DNA from: Sinorhizobium meliloti
GTDB taxonomy: Bacteria > Pseudomonadota > Alphaproteobacteria > Rhizobiales > Rhizobiaceae
NCBI RefSeq assembly: GCF_017876815.1
Contig: NZ_JAGIOS010000003.1
Span: 420,001 to 452,000, forward strand
Direction: 5' to 3'
DNA length: 32,000 bases
Position numbers and translations under genes: made by a program. The notes beneath the pieces were generated by a model. That model saw only the letters and a list, made by a program, of their open reading frames with translations. It was not told the origin of the DNA and did no database searches. This document shows, piece after piece, positions 16,767 to 23,583 of the stretch (position 1 is the stretch's first letter; each line of letters starts with the position of its first letter).

Positions 16767-17247
16767 GATCATTCCTCGGTCTTACAATTCTATCGTCTCC
16801 CTGCTTCCCTAGGCCCTGCAGTCAGCTTTCCTGCGCTCCGACTACTACGGAAGCTCCGCGCTAGCATCGTCCCTGTCCGGCCTTCGCGGCTAGCCCAGTC
16901 CACATTGGGCAGGCGTGCCAAGTCCCGTGTTCCTTTCTTCAACCTTCGTATTATTAGGCGATAGGCTTTACTCCAGCGATACAGGAAAGGGGCAAAGAGA
17001 ATTGTACCCGTTTCGGACACGGTTCCCGTGCACGCAGTGAGGATCGATGAGCCTCACCGCTTCAAATCGCGTGTCTTGCCTCCCATCCAATGGCGCGACT
17101 TGGAGGCGTTACCGGTTACAATTGCCGCGGGTGAGGAGTTTTCCGCCAGCCCTTACTTCCAGAGATCTTCCCGTTCCGGAGCAATACTCAATTTTGGCAT
17201 GGTAAAGTATTGGACTGGAGCCATGTCTTGAAACGGGAGGAAGCAAC

Positions 17248-18570
17248 ATGGCTGTTCAAGTCCCGACGGATTTCCGCCGCGTGATCGTTGCGGCATCGGT
17301 GGGAAACATCATCGAATGGTATGACTTCTATATCTTCGGGAGCTTGGCTGCGGTTCTGTCCGTCAAGTTCTTCGAGCAATCACACCCGGTTGCGGCGCTG
17401 CTGAGTACGATTGCGCTCTTTACGGCAGGATTCCTGATCCGCCCACTGGGCGCTTTCCTCTTCGGCTGGATGGGCGATCGGGTCGGCCGCAAATACACGT
17501 TCCTGATTACGCTAACGGGAATGGGGTTGGGCACCGGTGCGATCGGTTTAATCCCGACCTACGAGTCGATCGGTCTGACGGCTGCGTTCCTTCTCTTCAG
17601 CTTGCGGATGATCCAGGGCTTGTGCTTGGGCGGCGAGTATGGCGGTGCCATCACCTACGTCGCCGAGCACGTCCCTGACGAGCGCCGCGGCTACTACACA
17701 GGCTGGCTTCAGACTTCTCCAACTCTCGGGATCGTGGTGTCGCTGGCGGTGATCATCGCGGCACGAACCTATTTCGGCAGTGAAGCTTTCGACGCATGGG
17801 CGTGGCGCGTTCCGTTCCTGGTATCGTTCCTGCTGGTAGGCATCGCAATCTACATCCGGCTCCAGCTCCAGGAGACACCAATCTTCCAGGAGATCAAGGC
17901 CAAGGGGCAGATGACCCAAAATCCCTGGAGGGAAGCTTTCCTCAGCTCCAACATCAAATATGTGGGCATTGCCACCATCGTGCTCATCGGGCAGGGCGTG
18001 GTCTGGTACAGCGGACAGTTCTGGGCGTTGTACTTTCTACAGCAGGTCTCCAAAGTGGATCCGCTGAACTCCGCCTATATCGTCGGAGCGGCACTGCTTC
18101 TCGCAACGCCGAGCCTAATCCTATTTGGCTGGCTTTCCGACATAATCGGCCGCAAGCCAGTAATCCTGGGAGGAATGCTGCTCGCCGCGCTCACCTATTA
18201 TCCGCTGTATTTGTGGCTCGGTGCGGTCACGCAGCCTGACAACATCAACTATCCAATTGCGATCTTCATCATCTTCATCCTCGTTTGCTATGTCGGCATG
18301 GTCTACGGGCCGGTTGGGGCGTTTCTGGCTGAGTATTTTCCCGGAAGGATTCGGTACACGTCGGTATCAGTGCCGTATCACATCGGAAACGGCTGGGGTG
18401 GCGGATTGGTGCCGTTCATCACCTCAGCGGCTTTCGCAGCGACGGGTAGCATCGGGTACGCGCTGATCTATCCAATCGCAGTTCCTGCAGTGTGCTTCGT
18501 GCTAGCCATCTTCCTAATGCCCGAGACCCGCAGAATAAGCATTTGGCAGCCAATCGAGCCTCGAACGTAA
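17248..18570 (+). CDS. MFS transporter, metabolite:H+ symporter (MHS) family
   Basis: SD GGGAGGAAG upstream of the ATG. N-terminal GNIIEWYDFYIFG hallmark of ProP/KgtP/ShiA-type MHS carriers; motif A GWMGDRVGRKYTF; 12 predicted TM segments. Confidence 0.9.
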   Translation: MAVQVPTDFRRVIVAASVGNIIEWYDFYIFGSLAAVLSVKFFEQSHPVAALLSTIALFTAGFLIRPLGAFLFGWMGDRVGRKYTFLITLTGMGLGTGAIGLIPTYESIGLTAAFLLFSLRMIQGLCLGGEYGGAITYVAEHVPDERRGYYTGWLQTSPTLGIVVSLAVIIAARTYFGSEAFDAWAWRVPFLVSFLLVGIAIYIRLQLQETPIFQEIKAKGQMTQNPWREAFLSSNIKYVGIATIVLIGQGVVWYSGQFWALYFLQQVSKVDPLNSAYIVGAALLLATPSLILFGWLSDIIGRKPVILGGMLLAALTYYPLYLWLGAVTQPDNINYPIAIFIIFILVCYVGMVYGPVGAFLAEYFPGRIRYTSVSVPYHIGNGWGGGLVPFITSAAFAATGSIGYALIYPIAVPAVCFVLAIFLMPETRRISIWQPIEPRT

Positions 18571-19067
18571 CAGAGATGCAGAAAATCGGCGGTCATCGCC
18601 ATTGGGGCGGCTTGGGGCAATTACGGTGCTAGTCGACGCAGCCATGGTGGTCTGCCCATCCGAGACACAGCACTGTGCCATACACCCCCACCTTATCGAC
18701 GGCCTGTGTGTTCAGTCGAATTCCGACGTGCGCGTGTGAGGCTAGTGACGGTCACCATCAGCTGCCGAAGTTCGTGCGCAGCTAAAAGAGATCTCCCTCC
18801 AAATCTTAGCTAATCTGACAACAAATCACGGCTTTGATGGCTTCTGTAAACAAATCGGATGAAGCCGTCGCGGGGCTTGGTGGCGACGCTTACGACGGGC
18901 CTTCCGTAAATGTTCCGCGCATTAACGGAGCCGAACAGACCCCCGATTCGAAGCGAGAGATCCAGTCGTCATTCGACCATTCGTCGCCAGCACCTTCAAA
19001 GAGTGATCTAGGGGTAGCCCCAGCGGTGGGCGGGCCATCCAATTTGAGCGGTTAATTTGAATTTCCG

Positions 19068-19126
19068 CAGAACTGATTGCAAAACAGAACTGGTTGCACT
19101 ATTCTGCAACCAGTTGCTATTTGCAA
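19068..19126. promoter_or_regulatory. Triple-box operator-like element: two direct and one inverted copy of AACTG(A/G)TTGCA nested in a 50-bp palindrome
   Basis: CAGAACTGATTGCA (19068-19081) and CAGAACTGGTTGCA (19085-19098) are direct repeats matching at 13 of 14 positions. TGCAACCAGTT (19105-19115) is the perfect inverted copy of 19088-19098, with a 6-bp spacer. Outer arms TTGCAAA (19077-19083) and TTTGCAA (19120-19126) are also complementary. The element ends 37 bp before the ATG at 19163. Confidence 0.55.
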
Positions 19127-19162
19127 TCACACTTCAGCAGATCAAGGGAGGCTTGCAAGAGC

Positions 19163-20011
19163 ATGCTCATCATTAAGGGCAATGACGTTGAGATCGCCAC
19201 CGAAGCCTTCGGTGATTCTGCCCATCCGCCGGTCGTCCTCGTCATGGGGGGAATGGCATCTATGCTATGGTGGCCTGAGAGATTCTGCCGCCGGGTTGCT
19301 GAACACGGCCGCTTTGTCATTCGCTACGACCATCGCGATACCGGTCTCTCGACGAAATATCCGCCAGGTCAGCCGGGATATGCCTTCGACGATGCTGTCG
19401 GGGACGTGGTCCGCGTTCTCGACGGCTACCGAATTTCCGCGGCCCACGTCGTCGGGATGTCCCTCGGTGGCATGATCGGCCAGGCAACAGCGCTCAAACA
19501 TCCTGAACGCGTGCTTTCCCTGACCGCGATCAGCAGTTCGCCGGTTGGGATGAACACAACCCATCTTCCTGCCAGCGGTACGGCTTGGATGGACCACATG
19601 AACATGGAGGTGGACTGGTCGGACCGGGCAGAGGCGGTCGCTTACATGCTCGAGGATGCGCGTTTGGTCGCGAGCACGGTACATCCGTTCGACGAGGCCG
19701 AGACCAGAGCCTTCATCGAACGGGATTTCGACCGCTCAGGCGGCTACCTCAGCGCCACCAATCATAGCGTTCTGTTTGAGATCAGCGACGCGTGGCAAGA
19801 TCGGCTGCCCGAGATGAAAGTGCCCCTTCTGGTCATTCACGGCACAGCTGATCCGGTTTTCCCGGTCGAACATGGAGCGGCCGTCGCAACGGCGGTTGAT
19901 GGAGCCCGGCTGGTGGAAATCGAAGGGGGCGGACACGAGCTGCACCCGGCCGACTGGGATAGAATTATCTCCGCAATCATCAAGCGCACCAACACTCGCC
20001 CGAACGAATGA
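19163..20011 (+). CDS. Alpha/beta-fold hydrolase
   Basis: ORF track 19094..20011. The ATG at 19163 (MLIIKGNDVEI...) follows AAGGGAGG. Oxyanion region VVLVMGG, nucleophile elbow GMSLGG, acid HGTADPVFP, His in GGGHEL. Confidence 0.85.
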   Translation: MLIIKGNDVEIATEAFGDSAHPPVVLVMGGMASMLWWPERFCRRVAEHGRFVIRYDHRDTGLSTKYPPGQPGYAFDDAVGDVVRVLDGYRISAAHVVGMSLGGMIGQATALKHPERVLSLTAISSSPVGMNTTHLPASGTAWMDHMNMEVDWSDRAEAVAYMLEDARLVASTVHPFDEAETRAFIERDFDRSGGYLSATNHSVLFEISDAWQDRLPEMKVPLLVIHGTADPVFPVEHGAAVATAVDGARLVEIEGGGHELHPADWDRIISAIIKRTNTRPNE

Positions 20012-20060
20012 TTTCGACCCACCAGATCGTCCATCAACCAAGCAGTTCAGGAGACATACC

Positions 20061-20708
20061 ATGTCCAAGCTTCGTATTCATGCTTTCTCGATTTCGCTCG
20101 ATGGATACGGCGCCGGGCCCGACCAGAGCCTCGATAATCCGTTGGGCAGGGGTGGAGAGGCGTTGCACGAATGGTTTTTGCCTACCCGCACCTTTCAGCG
20201 GATGTCGGGCAAAGAGCAGGGGACGACCGGTATTGACGAGGATTTCGCCGCACGCGGGTTTGACAATATTGGTGCCTGGATCCTCGGCCGGAACATGTTC
20301 GGGCCGGTGCGAGGACCCTGGCCCGACCAATCCTGGAGGGGCTGGTGGGGCGAAAACCCGCCCTATCACTGCCCCGTCTTCGTCCTCACAAACCATGCGC
20401 GTCCGTCGCTGCAAATGGAGGGCGGCACGGTCTTCCACTTCATCACTGACGGCATCGAGGCCGCGCTCGCCCGCGCGAGGGAGGCGGCGGACGGTCGTGA
20501 CGTCCGCCTCGGTGGCGGCAGCGCCACTGTCCGGCAATATCTGAACGCCAGGCTGGTAGACGAGATGCATATCGCCATCTCGCCCATCCTTCTCGGCAGC
20601 GGCGAGGCGCTCTTTGCCGGCATGGACCTGCCTCTCCTCGGCTACGAGGTGACCGAGTATGTCCCGTCGCAAAAGTCGACCCACATCGTCGTGTCGAGGC
20701 GGGCCTGA
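20061..20708 (+). CDS. Dihydrofolate-reductase-family protein (RibD C-terminal domain type)
   Basis: ORF track 19872..20708. The ATG at 20061 (MSKLRIHAFSISLDGYGAGPDQSL...) follows AGGAGA. Contains LGRNMFGP and GGGSATVRQYL, and is 215 aa, typical of YyaP/RibD_C-like proteins. Confidence 0.75.
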   Translation: MSKLRIHAFSISLDGYGAGPDQSLDNPLGRGGEALHEWFLPTRTFQRMSGKEQGTTGIDEDFAARGFDNIGAWILGRNMFGPVRGPWPDQSWRGWWGENPPYHCPVFVLTNHARPSLQMEGGTVFHFITDGIEAALARAREAADGRDVRLGGGSATVRQYLNARLVDEMHIAISPILLGSGEALFAGMDLPLLGYEVTEYVPSQKSTHIVVSRRA

Positions 20709-20768
20709 ACCCGTCCGCTAGTTCTGACGAACCTAAAGGCTCTCCGCAATCCGCAGGCCGGTAACTGA

Positions 20769-21032
20769 GGAATAAAAGGCAGTGGTTCGGGAGGACATAC
20801 TGCAGCGCTTCGGCCTCTGGCCTTCCGTTTGAAACGCACGAACTACCTGTTCGGCGACACCTTCGGTGTGGCGGATCGGTATCCGTTCATACTGACGGGC
20901 GGGGCGCAGGAACTCGAGTTCCCGCTCTCCGCGTGCTATCGCGATTACGTGGCGCGCATCGAGGCACGCCCCGCTGTGCGGGAGGCGGAACGGCGTGAAG
21001 CGCTTTCCGAGGCTTCTTCCTCGCAACTATGA
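20769..21032 (+). pseudogene. Glutathione S-transferase C-terminal remnant (N-terminal thioredoxin-like domain absent)
   Basis: The open frame has no ATG. It reads ...LAFRLKRTNYLFGDTFGVADRYPFILTGGAQELEFPLSACYRDYVARIEARPAVREA. This is the YL-x-GD-x-F-x-x-AD ... RPAV pattern of the GST alpha-helical C-terminal domain. Only about 75 residues remain, and a stop lies in frame at 20766. Confidence 0.55.
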
Positions 21033-21292
21033 GGCATCAGCCTTGAAACGGCCGAATTCGACGGCGAGGCGAACAACCGCCCCTAACGGAGCGACGGGCT
21101 TCGCCCGCGTCTTTTCCCGCCCAAGCAGTGCAGACGAAATCATTGCTAGCGTGTGCCAGCATGACGCCCTCGGATAGTAGATCTTCGAGTGGTTCGGCTT
21201 TGACTGTCGCGAACCCCGCGTCTCCCAACCAAGGCTCCGGGATGGTCTTAGCGGACGCCGGGAGCGCCGGGTTTAGTATGGCAACGCCGCCA

Positions 21293-21661
21293 CTACGCTC
21301 CTCGCTTTCGCTCCTCACTGCCCGACCTTAGTCGGTCGAAAATCTCCGGACAGAACTCGAACTGCCTCGCAGTTCCGCGCCCCATGGAGTTCTTCACAAT
21401 TGTCTCTGTAAGTATCCCGCGCTCAACGAGCGGGTCGACCGATTCCGCCACGGCATTGCGTGTCAATCCGGTAATTTTGACGATATTTGAAAGCGTTAGC
21501 TTTTCGTGACTCTGGTGCATCATGTAGAGGACCGTCATCATCCCGAGCTGCTTCAGCCGCGATTGCGGCGTCTCTCCGTCGATCGGTTTGTCGAGAACTT
21601 CCTGCAATGCGTAGGCCGCAAATAGCTGGCTCTGCCAATGTACGTTGAGTGCGCTTGTCAT
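21293..21661 (-). CDS. rctA: Small winged-helix transcriptional regulator, RctA-like by size, position and orientation
   Basis: 122 aa. HTH LTLSNIVKITGLTRNAVAESVDPLVERGIL followed by a wing (NSMGRGTARQFEF). It is divergent from the T4SS operon across a 96-bp AT-rich region, the arrangement reported for rctA next to virB1 on rhizobial symbiotic plasmids. Sequence identity to RctA could not be checked. Confidence 0.55.
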   Translation of the reverse strand: MTSALNVHWQSQLFAAYALQEVLDKPIDGETPQSRLKQLGMMTVLYMMHQSHEKLTLSNIVKITGLTRNAVAESVDPLVERGILTETIVKNSMGRGTARQFEFCPEIFDRLRSGSEERKRGA

Positions 21662-21698
21662 CTTTTATACTGTCAGTTATATGATTGTAAAACGAGTC

Positions 21699-21708
21699 GC
21701 GAGCTCGC
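21699..21708. promoter_or_regulatory. Perfect 10-bp palindrome GCGAGCTCGC in the regulator/T4SS divergent control region
   Basis: Read directly from the sequence. It lies next to the most AT-rich tract of the region (CTTTTATACTGTCAGTTATATGATTGTAAAAC, 21662-21693). On the minus strand, TTGCGA and TACAAT flank it like -35 and -10 hexamers with a short 15-nt spacer. Confidence 0.35.
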
Positions 21709-21757
21709 AAAGCCTGATGGGGTCCGTGCATGTTCGCGTCGGTGAAGGGTGGTGGTC

Positions 21758-22266
21758 ATGAACACGTCTCTCGTACGGGCATTCGTCGCTGCAGCCAGCT
21801 TAGCGTCATTCTATCTTGTTTTCGACGGTAAAGCGCGAGCGGACGACTGGGGATGCCAGGTTATCCTGTGCCTTTCCAATCCCGGTGGTCCGACGCAGTA
21901 TGCCGAGTGCCGGCCTCCGATCGAGAAGCTCTGGCGCGCGCTTGCAAAGGGACACTCTTTTCCGGCCTGCAGCGGCGTTGGGTTCCAGGCCTCGCGCCCC
22001 GGATACGAGCCGTTGATGGCTACCGCCTGACGACGCGGTATGGAGATCGCGGGCGCGAGGCTAGTTGCATCTCGACCACGCCGCAAATCGTCTCAAGTCA
22101 TGAATGCTATTTCGACAATGATCGGAGCACCTCGCCGAGGTGGCAGCGGAGCGAAGGCCGCATAAAGTGCCAACGCTATGTGACGACGCGGCCGAACATC
22201 CGCCCACAGCCTCATTATGTCGATGTGACCATCGACGGCGGCGGCAAACAAAGGGTGTGGTACTGA
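21758..22266 (+). pseudogene. Cys-rich secreted protein, TrbM/KikA/MpfK-like, reading frame broken by a 1-nt shift
   Basis: The ATG at 21758 gives the signal peptide MNTSLVRAFVAAASLASFYLVFDGKARA, then DDWGCQVILCLSNPGGPTQYAECRPPIEKL. This frame stops at 22030. A second frame with no start codon of its own continues ...VDGYRLTTRYGDRGREASCIS...KCQRYVTTRPNIRPQPHYVDVTIDGGGKQRVWY, with G/C-rich third positions. It ends 3 nt before the virB1 ATG. Confidence 0.5.
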
Positions 22267-22269
22267 GCC

Positions 22270-22941
22270 ATGCCCGCTGCGTTCCTCGATCTGGCGCAAA
22301 CGTGCGCCCCTATAGTTGCGGCCGAGACACTTGCCGGTGTCGTCAGCCTTGAAAGCCGGTTCGAACCATTCGCCATCCGGATCAACAGCGGAGTCCCGCT
22401 CTCGGAGCAGCCCGCAACCAAGACGGAAGCGATCGCGATGGCAACGTCGCTGGCAGCCGAGCGGCAGGACATCCAGCTCGGTCTCGGAGGTATCGGCATG
22501 GGGGAGCTCCGGAGGCTGAAGCTCTCAATTTCCGACGCCTTCGATCCGTGCCTCAACCTTCATGCCACCGCGACGCTGCTCGACGGATATTACCGACTGG
22601 CAATGAAGGCCGGAGCGGATCCGGACCATGCCGAACAAGTGATGCTGCAATCCTACTACGGCCGAGACGACCCGTCCGTCGGCGCCATGGTCCAGTACGA
22701 CCAGCAGGTCCGCCAGGAAGTGAAGCGGCTCGGCAAAAGTCTAGCCGCTCTCATGATCGGAGATGGCGGACAGGCGAGGGGAATCACCGAAGAGAGCCCT
22801 GTCGATGTGGCTGCAGAGAAGCCGCCGGGCGACCGGCCGGTCGACGAGAGGGCGTCGGTGCCGTCCTGGGATGTTTTCAGTTCGCGACGGAGATCATCCG
22901 TCCTCGTGTTTCAGAACAGTCAAATGGAGCAGAGTGAATGA
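22270..22941 (+). CDS. virB1: VirB1-like lytic transglycosylase
   Basis: FLDLAQTCAPIVAAETLAGVVSLESRFEPFAI (catalytic Glu of the SLT fold), QLGLGGIG, LLDGYY. Its N-terminus resembles Brucella-type VirB1, which starts directly with this motif. Confidence 0.85.
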   Translation: MPAAFLDLAQTCAPIVAAETLAGVVSLESRFEPFAIRINSGVPLSEQPATKTEAIAMATSLAAERQDIQLGLGGIGMGELRRLKLSISDAFDPCLNLHATATLLDGYYRLAMKAGADPDHAEQVMLQSYYGRDDPSVGAMVQYDQQVRQEVKRLGKSLAALMIGDGGQARGITEESPVDVAAEKPPGDRPVDERASVPSWDVFSSRRRSSVLVFQNSQMEQSE

Positions 22942-23237
22942 CTTTCAGTTCCCGTATCCGTCCGATAGCTGCATCCACTGTTATGGCAACGGCCATCGTG
23001 GTGACCATGGTCGAGCCGGCCTTCGCGCAAGCCGCCGGAATAGAGACCGTGCTGCAGAACATCGTCGACATGCTGACCGGCAACATCGCCAAGCTGCTCG
23101 CCGTCATCGCGGTGATCGTGATCTGCATCGCCTGGATGTTCGGTTACATGGATCTGAGACGGGCAGGGTTCTGGATCATCGGCATTGGCGGCATCTTCAG
23201 CGCCACCGAACTCGTGAATACCATCGTCGGAAGCTGA
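22938..23237 (+). CDS. virB2: VirB2/TrbC-family pilin precursor
   Basis: 99 aa with an ATGA overlap with virB1. Long leader ending AFA/QAAG, then two hydrophobic helices (LLAVIAVIVICIAWMFGY, FWIIGIGGIFSA). Confidence 0.8.
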   Translation: MTFSSRIRPIAASTVMATAIVVTMVEPAFAQAAGIETVLQNIVDMLTGNIAKLLAVIAVIVICIAWMFGYMDLRRAGFWIIGIGGIFSATELVNTIVGS

Positions 23238-23241
23238 CACC

Positions 23242-23583
23242 ATGGCGGACTCAGGACCGGCACTCGAGGAGGACACGCTGTTCATCGCCTGCACGCGGCC
23301 CGCGATGATCGCCGGCGTAACAATGGAAGCCATGGGCATGAACATCATGCTCACGACCATTCTTTACATCGTCGCCGGCTCCGTCGCTTACGCGCTCGTC
23401 GGCGTGGTCTTCCATCTGGTGTTCCGCGCCCTCATCAAACACGACCACAACATGTTTCGCATCCTGCTGGCCTGGATTGAGACCCGCGGCCGGTCCCGCA
23501 ACAGCGCCTATTGGGGCGGGGCGACGCTTAGCCCCCTGAAGCTCGCCCGCAAATACGATGAAAGGGACCTCGGATTTGCCTAG
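23242..23583 (+). CDS. virB3: VirB3-like inner-membrane protein
   Basis: 113 aa. LFIACTRPAMIAGVTMEAMGMNIM matches the VirB3 L-x-x-x-TRP-x-M-x-GV core. Position between pilin and VirB4. Confidence 0.8.
   Translation: MADSGPALEEDTLFIACTRPAMIAGVTMEAMGMNIMLTTILYIVAGSVAYALVGVVFHLVFRALIKHDHNMFRILLAWIETRGRSRNSAYWGGATLSPLKLARKYDERDLGFA

Noticed and set aside
16790-17020. 76-aa minus-strand ORF (and the overlapping 66-aa plus-strand ORF) in the gap before the MFS gene
   Set aside because: The peptide is basic and Arg/Ser-rich with no motif and no RBS. It may be a pseudogene fragment, but it is not callable from sequence alone.
18834-19055. 73-aa plus-strand ORF in the gap after the MFS gene
   Set aside because: It has a non-ATG start, no SD and a low-complexity Ser/Pro/Gly/Ala sequence.
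21037-21318. 93-aa minus-strand ORF just downstream of, and overlapping, the RctA-like gene
   Set aside because: It starts at a GTG inside the regulator gene with no SD and no recognisable motif, and its composition is ambiguous. It could be gene debris, but I cannot support a call.
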